A stretch of 38,475 nt of DNA from a virus. Taxonomy: Duplodnaviria > Caudoviricetes. The notes beneath the pieces were generated by a model that searched no databases, was not told the origin of the DNA, and worked only from the letters and a program-made list of their open reading frames with translations. How positions within the stretch are numbered: position 1 is the first letter of the stretch; the number at the start of each line of letters is the position of its first letter. The position numbers were made by a program, and so were the translations under genes. Of this stretch, positions 6,701-15,363 are shown in pieces. Where the stretch lies: the IMG/VR virus record IMGVR_UViG_3300005512_000110, positions 1 to 38,475 of that record. One strand, written 5' to 3'.

Positions 6701-7416
6701 CCACGCAACAAGTCCAGGTTGACCGTATCCGAATCGACGGCGGTACACAGCCGCGCGAGTTTATCGACGAAGCTGTTGTCGCTGAGTACGCCGAGGCCAT
6801 GACCGAGGGCGCGCAGTTCCCGCCAGTGTCTGTCGTGTTCGATGGTGTCGCGTACTGGCTCGCTGATGGGTTCCACCGCTACCACGCCAGCCGCAAGCTA
6901 GGTTGGAAGACGCTCGACGCCGAGGTGACGAAGGGCACGAAGCGCAACGCGATCCTGTTGAGTGTCGCGGCGAACACGACGCATGGTATGCGGCGGACGA
7001 ACGCAGACAAGCGGAAGGCAGTCAAGGCGCTGCTCGCTGATGATGAGTGGGGACAGTGGAGCAACGTCGAGATTGCCACACTCTGCGGCGTCGGCGAGTC
7101 GCTGGTCCGCTCACTTCGCGAAAAACGAAGTGAGGATACCAACCCGCGCACCTACACGACCAAGCACGGCACGACCGCGACGATGAACACCGCCAACATC
7201 GGCCGCAAGCCCGGCGGCAACGGCAAGCCTCAGGCCGCGCCAGCATCAACACCAGCACCCACGCCGGAGCCTGACGATTCCGTACCCACGCCGCACGGCG
7301 AGATGCTGTTCATTGACTCCAACCCCACGAAGGCTGCCGCCAAGTTGGCGGAATGGTTCGACGTGGACTATTTGGCGCAGTTGGCCACAGCGCTGACCGC
7401 CATCGTTCAAGGATGA
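6697..7416 (+). CDS. ParB/Srx N-terminal domain protein
   Basis: IRIDGGTQPR...FPPVSVVFDG..YWLADGFHRYHA; HTH WSNVEIATLCGVGESLV. Confidence 0.8.
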   Translation: MTTQQVQVDRIRIDGGTQPREFIDEAVVAEYAEAMTEGAQFPPVSVVFDGVAYWLADGFHRYHASRKLGWKTLDAEVTKGTKRNAILLSVAANTTHGMRRTNADKRKAVKALLADDEWGQWSNVEIATLCGVGESLVRSLREKRSEDTNPRTYTTKHGTTATMNTANIGRKPGGNGKPQAAPASTPAPTPEPDDSVPTPHGEMLFIDSNPTKAAAKLAEWFDVDYLAQLATALTAIVQG

Positions 7417-7420
7417 TCCC

Positions 7421-8242
7421 ATGAAAGCGAAACGGCAGTTCAGGCACGTAGGTGTGCACAGCAAGGTGCTGTCTGTGACACCGGCCAAAGCGGCTTACTG
7501 GTTGGAGCACAACAACACAAAGAACCGCCCGCTCAGTGTGGCGACCGTGACGCGGTACGCGCGCGACATGCAGTCCGGGCGCTGGCGACTGACCAGCCAG
7601 GGCATCGCGTTCAACAGTGACGGCGCGCTGCTCGACGGCCAGCACAGACTACAGGCCATCGTCAACGCCAATGTCGCCGTGGACATGCTGGTGGTCTACA
7701 ACGTGCCCGACGACTCACGGTGCGTGATCGACGGCCACAAGATGCGCACCGACCGCGACCGGCTGGTGCTCGGCTACGGAACTGACGTTGCGGGGGCGAC
7801 TATCGCGGTCGCAAAGCTGATGATGAACGGCTCTGGCGCGGGGAAGCCGACGACGGCGGAACTGCGCGACTTCATTGCCGAGCACGAAGACGCCCTGCGG
7901 TTTACCGAGTCCCTGTTCCCGTCCGACAAGCGAAGCATCACCACGGCGGCAGTCAAGGCTGCGCTCGCCCGCGCGTTCTACGGTGGCCAGCTTGAGCGCC
8001 TGCGGCAGTTTGCAGACGTGCTCTACACCGGCGTCTGTATGAGTGATGAAGACACCGCCGCCATGGCGCTGCGCGACTTTCTGATGGCCGCTCGGGGACA
8101 GTCGCACGGCTCCACCCAGCGCCGCATAGTGTTTCGCGCGGCACAGGGCGCTATTCGCGCCTTTGTCAGTGGCGAGCCGCGCAGCCTCATCCGCCCAGTG
8201 AAGCACGACGTGTACCCGTTGCCCACAACGGACGCAGCCTGA
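7421..8242 (+). CDS. ParB-like (DGQHR motif) protein
   Basis: NRPLS...YARDMQSGRW...GALLDGQHRLQAIV. Confidence 0.75.
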   Translation: MKAKRQFRHVGVHSKVLSVTPAKAAYWLEHNNTKNRPLSVATVTRYARDMQSGRWRLTSQGIAFNSDGALLDGQHRLQAIVNANVAVDMLVVYNVPDDSRCVIDGHKMRTDRDRLVLGYGTDVAGATIAVAKLMMNGSGAGKPTTAELRDFIAEHEDALRFTESLFPSDKRSITTAAVKAALARAFYGGQLERLRQFADVLYTGVCMSDEDTAAMALRDFLMAARGQSHGSTQRRIVFRAAQGAIRAFVSGEPRSLIRPVKHDVYPLPTTDAA

Positions 8243-8434
8243 CATGACCACCGATCACCACAACCTCGCCACACCGTCGCCCGTTCGCGGCGACACCACC
8301 CATTTCAGTGCGCCCGTGCCTGCCGACTCGGGCGCGCTTTGGATCACCGCTTTGGACCTCCTTGTGTCCCCGTGGCCGGCCAACGCCGACCATGGGGGTT
8401 GCGCAACGCGCGGTGCGTCGCCGCGCAACCCCAC

Positions 8435-8473
8435 GGCGCGCCGCCGCTCGCCATTCGCGGCGGCGCGCCTTTC
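8435..8473 (+). terminator. 13-bp GC hairpin, terminator-like
   Basis: GGCGCGCCGCCGC-N9-GCGGCGGCGCGCC-TTTC. Confidence 0.5.
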
Positions 8474-8489
8474 AACGATGGAGTGTGAC

Positions 8490-9107
8490 ATGACCGACAC
8501 CGACAAACTTCTGCGCACACTGCGCACCGGCGTAGACGCGATGGCCGAGGCGCTGGACGCCGCCGAGGCTGAGCAGCGGCCCGCGCCGCCCGAGTTCCCG
8601 TTCTGGTGCCGTGGCGGCACACACGCGTTCTACGTGACAGTTAAATCGGCCTGGTCGCTGCACAAGGATGGCAGTTGGTTTGAAAACACCGGGTCTATGC
8701 CCAGTGCCGTGCGCGACGGTTGCCGTGATGGCATGTTCAAGGTCATCACCGAGTCCGAGGCGTTGGACGCGCTGGTATACCCGATCTACGTGAGTAGCCA
8801 GTGGCCTGATATCGCGTTCCGCCTCGATCGCCATGAGGTGTGGGAGGGGGTGCGGGGTTACGACCCGATCTGGTATTGCACGGGCGCTGGCACCCCGGCC
8901 ACAGTGGCGTATCTGCACAACGTGCGCGTAGGCGTCCGCCGCATCCTGACGGAGGACGAAGCCAACGCGATCGTCGGGTCTGAGCCCGAGCCGGCGCTGC
9001 GGCAGGCTGTGCATGGGGCGATCAGGTTACTTGACTTAGGTGGCAGCGACAACGCTACCCGCGCCAAACGTGTGCTGGCCAAAGCAATAGACGGGGGTGC
9101 CAAATGA
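8490..9107 (+). CDS. Hypothetical protein with two internal repeats
   Basis: GGAG RBS before MTDTDK; FPFWC...KVITESEALDAL and YPIYV...RILTEDEANAIV. Confidence 0.6.
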   Translation: MTDTDKLLRTLRTGVDAMAEALDAAEAEQRPAPPEFPFWCRGGTHAFYVTVKSAWSLHKDGSWFENTGSMPSAVRDGCRDGMFKVITESEALDALVYPIYVSSQWPDIAFRLDRHEVWEGVRGYDPIWYCTGAGTPATVAYLHNVRVGVRRILTEDEANAIVGSEPEPALRQAVHGAIRLLDLGGSDNATRAKRVLAKAIDGGAK

Positions 9108-9379
9108 CCACCGCCCAGCGCCAACACGCCCAGCGACGCGCACGTATCGCCTACAGCGACTGCGCCACACCCGCCGAGGTGCGCCACATCTGCGGCGGCG
9201 CGCCAATCGTTGACCGATCCAAGGTCCACACGCGCGACGGCGACATGCCGCGGCTACTCGTTGGCGCGTGCCTGGTCGTGCTGGTCGGGCTCATCGTGCT
9301 GGCGGTGCTCGCCGAGCCGGACCAACCACCGACGAAAAACCCGCAGGCGGCGGCAACCGCGAGCGGGTCCTCCCACTAA
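9104..9379 (+). CDS. Single-pass membrane protein
   Basis: LLVGACLVVLVGLIVLAVLA; coupled start. Confidence 0.6.
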   Translation: MTTAQRQHAQRRARIAYSDCATPAEVRHICGGAPIVDRSKVHTRDGDMPRLLVGACLVVLVGLIVLAVLAEPDQPPTKNPQAAATASGSSH

Positions 9380-9395
9380 CGCAGGAGCTAGAGCG

Positions 9396-9608
9396 ATGAC
9401 AAGGCTACACCACACATACCCAACAAGCAACTGCTCAGGCGTCCAACGCGCGTGGGAGGCTGGCGCGGGCCATGTGCAGCGGTGCGCCGTCTGCGGGGCC
9501 GAGGCCGAACCGCCGTACGAAACACACGACGATGACGCACTGTGCAGCGATGAGTGTGCGCGCCTGTACCGCGACCGCTACGGGATCGGGGTGTGCGATG
9601 ACCATTAA
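9396..9608 (+). CDS. Small Zn-finger protein
   Basis: CAVC...LCSDEC; AGGAGCTAGAGC leader. Confidence 0.6.
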   Translation: MTRLHHTYPTSNCSGVQRAWEAGAGHVQRCAVCGAEAEPPYETHDDDALCSDECARLYRDRYGIGVCDDH

Positions 9609-9798
9609 CGACCTGCACAACGCGATCCAGCGGCTGTTGAACGACCCGACCATCGACCTGGACTCGGTAGCTATCTGTTTCGCCGACTGGCTGCAACTGG
9701 GTATGCCCTCGATGTACATGGGCGTGCCGATCCGCAACGACTCACTTGTGCGCGGTGGTGTGTACTACCGCGTGCGCTCACTGAAAGGGGTGGCATGA
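9598..9798 (+). CDS. Hypothetical protein
   Basis: MTINDLHNAI...; overlaps neighbours. Confidence 0.5.
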   Translation: MTINDLHNAIQRLLNDPTIDLDSVAICFADWLQLGMPSMYMGVPIRNDSLVRGGVYYRVRSLKGVA

Positions 9799-10064
9799 TG
9801 GCCGACACGCAAATCAACGATGGCGGACCTGCGATGCCCACACCGTTTATCGCTGTAGCGGCATCGGGTGAGGGCGACTGCAATCTGTCAGTGCCACACC
9901 AGGACGATTGGCCGAAAGGCATGTCCCTGCGCGACTGGTTCGCGGGGCAGGCGCTGGCCGGCGTGCTGGCAAGTGGCGAGGGGGACGACTCAACAATCGG
10001 CGAGGTTGTCAGCGATTGCATGCGCTACGCCGACGCCATGCTCGCCGCGCGGTTGGAGTATTAA
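9795..10064 (+). CDS. Conserved phage hypothetical protein
   Basis: DGGPAMP...GMSLRDWFAGQALAG...YADAMLAAR, a common phage family signature. Confidence 0.75.
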   Translation: MMADTQINDGGPAMPTPFIAVAASGEGDCNLSVPHQDDWPKGMSLRDWFAGQALAGVLASGEGDDSTIGEVVSDCMRYADAMLAARLEY

Positions 10065-10076
10065 CCCAACGGGGTC

Positions 10077-10099
10077 GCGCCCCAAAAGGGGCGCTTTCT
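10077..10099 (+). terminator. Putative intrinsic terminator
   Basis: GCGCCCC-AAAA-GGGGCGC-TTTCT. Confidence 0.5.
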
Positions 10100-10127
10100 C
10101 CATTCCTCTTACACGAAAGGTATCGAC

Positions 10128-10616
10128 ATGAAACTCTACGAACTGACCGAGCAGTACCAACAACTACTGGACCTTGCTGAGCACGCACAGGATGACGACG
10201 AGGCCCAGGCGTTCGCCGACACGCTGGAGGCGCTCGGCGGCGAGCTGGCCGAGAAGCTGGACAACTGTGCGTGCGTTGCCCAGACGCTCAAGCGTGAGGC
10301 GGAAGCCGTCAAGGCTGAGGAGGATCGGCTTGCCTTGCGTCGCAAAGCGCTGGTCAACAGCGGCGACCGGCTCAAGGCGTACATGCAGGACAGCATGAAC
10401 CAAGTCGGCCTGCGTAAGAGCAAGGGCGAACGGTTCACGGTGGGCATCCAAGCCAATCCGGCGCGCGTGGTGCTCGACGACGAGACGCAACTGCCCGAGT
10501 CGTTTTGGGCGGTCAAGCGGACACCAGACACTGCCCAAGTCCGCGACGCCCTCAAGGGCGGCCAGGAAGTGCCGGGGGCACACCTCGAACAAGGCGAATC
10601 CCTTCGGATTCGATAA
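10128..10616 (+). CDS. Siphovirus Gp157 family protein
   Basis: MKLYELTEQY...coiled coil...VPGAHLEQGESLRIR. Confidence 0.9.
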   Translation: MKLYELTEQYQQLLDLAEHAQDDDEAQAFADTLEALGGELAEKLDNCACVAQTLKREAEAVKAEEDRLALRRKALVNSGDRLKAYMQDSMNQVGLRKSKGERFTVGIQANPARVVLDDETQLPESFWAVKRTPDTAQVRDALKGGQEVPGAHLEQGESLRIR

Positions 10617-10631
10617 CGCAAGGAGCCAGAC

Positions 10632-11501
10632 ATGGCATTTAAGAAGGCAACGAAATCGCAGGCCAAATTGCGTTGCACGCTCTTTGGCCCATCGGGCAGC
10701 GGCAAGACATTTTCGGCGCTGCGAATCGCCACGGGCATTGGCGGGAAGATCGCCGTGATCGACACGGAGCGCGGTTCGGCCAGTAAGTACGCAGACCGCT
10801 TTGATTTCGACGTGTGCGAACTCAGTGGCCGTAGCATCGCCGGGTACGTGCAGGCCATCCAAGACGCGGGCGACGAGTACCCGGTGTTAATCATCGACTC
10901 GCTCAGCCATGCGTGGCAGGAACTGCTGACCGAGGTAGACCGGCTTGCCAACGCGAAGTATCGCGGCAATACGTGGTCGGCGTGGTCCGAGGGAACGCCC
11001 AAACAGCGCGGGCTGGTGGACGCCCTGTTGAGTTACCCGGGCCACGTGATCGCCACGATGCGCAGCAAGACCGAGTGGACACAGGAAAAGGACGACCGTA
11101 CCGGCAAAGTCAAGCCAGTTCGCGTGGGCCTGGCCCCGGAGCAGGGCAAGGGCATTGAGTACGAGTTCGACCTGCTCGTTGAGCTGTCCGTCGAGCATGT
11201 GGCCCGGGTGCTCAAGGACCGCACCGGCAAGTTTCAGGACCAGCTCATCGACAAGCCGGGCGAGGATCTGGGCGCTGCACTGGCTGAGTGGCTGTCTGAT
11301 GGTGAGGCGGTGCCAGCGGTGCAGTTGGCAAGCGACGACCAAATCCGCGTCATTGGCGAGCTGGTCAAGTCCACCGGCGCAGACGAACAACGAATGCTCG
11401 CGCACTTTAACGTGCGAGACTTGGCGCACATGACACCCGAGCAAGCCGACCAGTGTGCCGGAATGCTCCAAGCAAAGAAGGGGCAGGCGAGCGCAGCCTG
11501 A
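10632..11501 (+). CDS. AAA_24 / Sak4-like recombination ATPase
   Basis: Walker A GPSGSGKT, VIDTERGS, Walker B LIIDSLSH, YEFD; between Gp157 and SSB. Confidence 0.85.
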   Translation: MAFKKATKSQAKLRCTLFGPSGSGKTFSALRIATGIGGKIAVIDTERGSASKYADRFDFDVCELSGRSIAGYVQAIQDAGDEYPVLIIDSLSHAWQELLTEVDRLANAKYRGNTWSAWSEGTPKQRGLVDALLSYPGHVIATMRSKTEWTQEKDDRTGKVKPVRVGLAPEQGKGIEYEFDLLVELSVEHVARVLKDRTGKFQDQLIDKPGEDLGAALAEWLSDGEAVPAVQLASDDQIRVIGELVKSTGADEQRMLAHFNVRDLAHMTPEQADQCAGMLQAKKGQASAA

Positions 11502-11507
11502 CTAACA

Positions 11508-11930
11508 ATGCCCAACATCAACAAGTTACATCTCGCTGGCAACCTCACACGCGACCCGGAACTGCGGTACACGACGAACAACACGCCGGTATGCAACTTC
11601 GGCGTCGCCAGCAACCGCAAACGTGGCGAGCGAGAAGAAACCTTCTTCGGCGAGTGTGAGGCGTGGGGCAAGACCGCAGAGGCGATCGACAAGTTCTTCG
11701 CCAAAGGACGCCCAATCTACGTCGAGGGGCGGCTGAAGACCGAGCAGTGGGAGGACAAGAAAGACGGCAGCAAGCGAAGCAAGACGCGCGTTATTGTTGA
11801 GGCGTTCGAGTTTCTTGACAGTAAACGCGACGGGGATGGGGAGGAGCCGCGCGACGAGGAGCCGCCGGCGCCGCCAGTCAAACAACAGGGCGACCACGAA
11901 GCGTTAGGGGACGACGATATCCCGTTCTGA
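11508..11930 (+). CDS. ssb: Single-stranded DNA-binding protein
   Basis: GNLTRDPELRYT...IYVEGRLKT...acidic tail DDDIPF. Confidence 0.95.
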   Translation: MPNINKLHLAGNLTRDPELRYTTNNTPVCNFGVASNRKRGEREETFFGECEAWGKTAEAIDKFFAKGRPIYVEGRLKTEQWEDKKDGSKRSKTRVIVEAFEFLDSKRDGDGEEPRDEEPPAPPVKQQGDHEALGDDDIPF

Positions 11931-12197
11931 ACTAGGGCGGCACGGTACGCCGCCCGCATACTCGAAAGGGCCAGCTTGCCAGGAGTGGAACGGTCTGGCC
12001 GAGGGAAACCAACGCCAGGCCTTTGACGGGTAGTACAGCGGCGACGATGCCGCGCAGGGGACGTAGAACGCAGGGACGCGCGCACCTCTTAAGGTTCCGC
12101 GCTACCAGACAATCAGGGACTGAACCGGGCTCGGATGCCCAGCGCGGTAGCCGCGCGCCAGGATGGCCCAACGCGGCTGCCTTTTACAGAGAACGGC

Positions 12198-12473
12198 ATG
12201 GAAGCACAACTCGACATCTGGAGCCCGGCTAAGTGGGCGCGACACCCGCAGAGGCCGAAGCGCGCCGACAGCTACCGCTGGGGCGTCTTGCGTGACGGCA
12301 AGTGGATGACACTGCCAGATCGTGTGCAGTGTGGACACCCGCACGTCACGTCATGGGCCCGAGCTGCAGCGGTAGCTGTGTCGGTGGGCCTCGACCCGCT
12401 CCAGGCGGTCAAGGACTGGAAGCGACGACACACGGACGACCGACAGGCCACGGAGGGCCATTGCGATGGGTGA
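12198..12473 (+). CDS. Hypothetical protein
   Basis: MEAQLDIW...; overlaps initiator start. Confidence 0.5.
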   Translation: MEAQLDIWSPAKWARHPQRPKRADSYRWGVLRDGKWMTLPDRVQCGHPHVTSWARAAAVAVSVGLDPLQAVKDWKRRHTDDRQATEGHCDG

Positions 12474-13335
12474 CTGCTGGCGAATTGTGGACTACGAGCA
12501 GCACTTCACCGTGAGCCAATCGCGGCGGGCGCAGCACATGCAGTGGATAGCCGTGCCCGTTTCGTTCGACAACTTGGCACTTCGCGCACTGCTCGCCAGC
12601 AAGAACGGCATCGAGGTCTTCGGCGCGTTCATCGTCATGGCCGAACTCGCGGCGAACAGCCCCACGCGCGGCACACTCTGTCGCGGCAGTATCCCGATGA
12701 CGTTCGCCGACATGGAAAGCCTGACCAGCGCACCAGCCGCAAAACTTGAGCGCGCAGCGAACGTGCTGTCTTCGCGGCGTGAAGACGAGCGGTATTCCTA
12801 CTGGATGGCGCGTGACTCCGAGCAGGCTCCGGGCGTGCTCGGTACGGGCCCCGAGACAGACAAGGGTAGAGAAGAAGAAAAGAGAGTAGAAAAGAGGGCG
12901 CGGGTTGAAATCCCTGACGGACTCAACACGGAAGACTTCAAGGCCGCATGGGCTGAGTGGGAACAGCACCGGCGCGAAATCCGCAAGGCACTGACGCCGA
13001 CCGCCGCTGGTCGCTTGCTGAAGAAGCTCGCCGACATGGGGCAGGCCCGCGCCATCGCCGCAATCCAGCACAGCATCACGCAGGGCTGGCATGGCATCTA
13101 CGAACCCAACGCCAAAGACAAGCCGCCCGACGCATTCAAGACCATCCAAGACCTTCGGGCTGCGATCACTGACGGCAAGGTGACGCATGTGCTTGGCCGT
13201 GCCGTCTGCGAGGGCTCGACGCGCTACAACACCGACGAACTGACCGACACGGCGACCGGCGACGTGCTGGTGACGCTGCGGCAACTGAAAGGCTGCCGGA
13301 TGCAAGGGCGAAAGCTCATTACGAAAGGAACGTGA
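12466..13335 (+). CDS. Phage replication initiator (replisome organiser / O-like)
   Basis: N-terminal winged-helix-like region; central repeat and EEKRVEK linker; AWAEWEQHRREIRKALT...AIQHSITQGWHGIYEP domain. Confidence 0.75.
   Translation: MGDCWRIVDYEQHFTVSQSRRAQHMQWIAVPVSFDNLALRALLASKNGIEVFGAFIVMAELAANSPTRGTLCRGSIPMTFADMESLTSAPAAKLERAANVLSSRREDERYSYWMARDSEQAPGVLGTGPETDKGREEEKRVEKRARVEIPDGLNTEDFKAAWAEWEQHRREIRKALTPTAAGRLLKKLADMGQARAIAAIQHSITQGWHGIYEPNAKDKPPDAFKTIQDLRAAITDGKVTHVLGRAVCEGSTRYNTDELTDTATGDVLVTLRQLKGCRMQGRKLITKGT
12816..12902 (+). repeat. In-gene degenerate iterons plus purine tract (origin-like)
   Basis: CTCCGAG/CTCCGGG/CTCGGTA/CCCCGAG at 11-bp spacing, then AC and a 40-nt A/G-rich tract. 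Confidence 0.6.
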
Positions 13336-13336
13336 T

Positions 13337-13882
13337 ATGCAAAAGACCATCAGCCTCTACCAACGGAACTATGACGGGGACAAACTTGTGCGTGATGAGG
13401 TGGTACCTGGCGCTGAGTGGGTTCTCAATGGTGATGGCGTGGCGACTCGGAAGTGGGACGGAACATGCTGCATGGTGCGCGGCGGCCAGTTGTTCAAGCG
13501 ACTGCAGTGGAAAGAGCAGCGTGGCCCAGCACCAGACACATGGGAACATTGGAGTGGTGACGCGGCACAACGTAGCGGGCATGGGTGGATGCCTGTTGGC
13601 GTTGGCCCAGAGGATCACTTACACCGCATGGCGGACCTGACGGGGCTGCCAGACGGCACCTACGAACTGTGCGGGCCGAAAATCCAACACAACCCAGAAC
13701 ACTTGGACTTCTACGTGCTGAAGCGCCACGGCGACGAGATTCTATACAACGCGCCGCGCACATTTAGCGCGTTGCGTGAGTGGTTCATCGGGAAGGATAT
13801 CGAGGGCATCGTCTGGCACCATCCCGATGGACGCATGGTGAAGATTAAAGGCCGAGACTTTGGCATTCACCGGGGCGGGTGA
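13337..13882 (+). CDS. RNA ligase-like nucleotidyltransferase (DUF5565-like)
   Basis: Motif I ATRKWDGT, III TYELCGPKIQ, IV IEGIVW, V MVKIK. Confidence 0.75.
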   Translation: MQKTISLYQRNYDGDKLVRDEVVPGAEWVLNGDGVATRKWDGTCCMVRGGQLFKRLQWKEQRGPAPDTWEHWSGDAAQRSGHGWMPVGVGPEDHLHRMADLTGLPDGTYELCGPKIQHNPEHLDFYVLKRHGDEILYNAPRTFSALREWFIGKDIEGIVWHHPDGRMVKIKGRDFGIHRGG

Positions 13883-14125
13883 CGGCATGAACGTATCTCT
13901 CAAGCAAGGCAAGTTGCACAAACTGTCGCCGGAACTGCTGGGCGAGCTACTGGCACTGCGGGTCGATGGGGCGTCATGTGCGACGCTCGCCACATGGGCG
14001 GGTGACGGCATGAACGTATCTCTCAAGCAAGGCAAGTTGCACAAACTGTCGCCGGAACTGCTGGGCGAGCTACTGGCACTGCGGGTCGATGGGGCGTCAT
14101 GTGCGACGCTCGCCACATGGGCGGG
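13873..14125 (+). repeat. Exact 123-bp tandem duplication bounded by GGGCGGG
   Basis: 13873-13995 = 13996-14118; GGGCGGG at 13873, 13996, 14119. Confidence 0.95.
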
Positions 14126-14552
14126 CACCAGCGTTCATAATATACAGCAACTGTGCAAACGCAGAAGCGTGCGCCCACTCAAGCCGATCATCCCCACGCA
14201 CCAGCACGAGCAACGCTTGGCGACCGTGGGCATTCCCGTACCAAAGCACCTCGCGCCGCCCCCGCCCGCCGTATACACCTGCCTGAAGTGCGGCAAGACC
14301 AAGGTGGCGAGCCACTTCGCGGTATACGGCTCACGCCTGCCGTGGTGTCGAGAGTGCATGGCGCGAGAGGAGCACCAGACCGTCGCTAGACACCGCCGTA
14401 TCGAGCGTGGCATCACCAGCAACACACCGTGGACCAGGCTGGCCAAGGCGCACAGCGCGGTACACCTCGGCCAGTATCTACGCACAAGCGACCGATACGC
14501 GCGCCAGACTGGCGGCGAGATCGGCGAGTTTATCGACTGGAGAACAACATGA
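13887..14552 (+). CDS. HTH plus Zn-ribbon protein (N-terminus duplicated)
   Basis: GASCATLATWAGTSVHNIQQL HTH-like; CLKC...WCREC. Confidence 0.6.
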   Translation: MNVSLKQGKLHKLSPELLGELLALRVDGASCATLATWAGDGMNVSLKQGKLHKLSPELLGELLALRVDGASCATLATWAGTSVHNIQQLCKRRSVRPLKPIIPTHQHEQRLATVGIPVPKHLAPPPPAVYTCLKCGKTKVASHFAVYGSRLPWCRECMAREEHQTVARHRRIERGITSNTPWTRLAKAHSAVHLGQYLRTSDRYARQTGGEIGEFIDWRTT

Positions 14553-14749
14553 GCTGCTGCAACTGCGAACACTACGACGTGCTGGCCAAGCGCATCGAAG
14601 CCGCGACGGCGCGACTCGCCCAAGTGGAAGACGAGGTGTCGGCGATTGAGTCTGAGCTGCAGGCGCTTCGCAACCTGCAAGAGAAGATCGTCCACGCCCA
14701 GTGCCGAACGGCGCAGTTCCAGGCGGCGGAAGGGGGCGACGATGAGTAG
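14549..14749 (+). CDS. Small coiled-coil protein
   Basis: MSCCNCEH then heptad pattern; GGAG RBS. Confidence 0.55.
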   Translation: MSCCNCEHYDVLAKRIEAATARLAQVEDEVSAIESELQALRNLQEKIVHAQCRTAQFQAAEGGDDE

Positions 14750-15113
14750 CGTCACCATCACGCTGCCATGGCCACCGAGTGTCAACCACTACTGGAAACC
14801 GCGCGGCAACGGCAAGGGCATGTACATCAGTGAGCAGGGCAAGCGCTTCCGCGATGAGGTTGGCGTGGCGGTCGTGCTGGCCGGTAAGCCGACATTCGAC
14901 TCTCCGGTGGCTATCAGCATCGTCACCAGAAAGCCAGACAAGCGGCGGCGCGACTTGGACAACATTGTGAAGGCGACATTCGACGCACTAACGCACGCGG
15001 GCGTGATTGCTGACGACGACGACGCGCATGTGCCATGCTTCGGCGTGAGCGTTGGCAGCCCGGTAGATCGCGGCGCGGTGGACGTGACGATTACGGAGGT
15101 GACCAATGGCTGA
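14742..15113 (+). CDS. rusA: RusA-family Holliday junction resolvase
   Basis: LPWPPSVNHYW...PDKRRRDLDNIVKATFDALTHAGVIADDD. Confidence 0.92.
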   Translation: MSSVTITLPWPPSVNHYWKPRGNGKGMYISEQGKRFRDEVGVAVVLAGKPTFDSPVAISIVTRKPDKRRRDLDNIVKATFDALTHAGVIADDDDAHVPCFGVSVGSPVDRGAVDVTITEVTNG

Positions 15114-15363
15114 GTATCCGCAACACCACCCGTTCTTCATCATCAGCGAGGCGGCCAGGTTCCGCAGCATTGACGCATTCACACGCCGCCCGTCATGGTG
15201 GCGCGCCTTAGGTTGGTCGTGGGGCTGGTACACAGGCTGGCCGTTCCCGTGGCTGTGCAAGGTGTTTGGCCACAAGTGGAACGGGTGGGACCGCTGCGAC
15301 CGATGCTGGGCGTTTCGAGACAAGCACCACACCCAACAGGAAGGGCAAGACGATGAGCGATGA
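15106..15363 (+). CDS. Hypothetical Trp-rich protein
   Basis: LCKVFGHKW...CDRC; GGAGG RBS. Confidence 0.6.
   Translation: MAEYPQHHPFFIISEAARFRSIDAFTRRPSWWRALGWSWGWYTGWPFPWLCKVFGHKWNGWDRCDRCWAFRDKHHTQQEGQDDER

Noticed and set aside
11932-12190. tRNA or tmRNA gene
   Set aside because: No T-loop consensus or cloverleaf found by eye.
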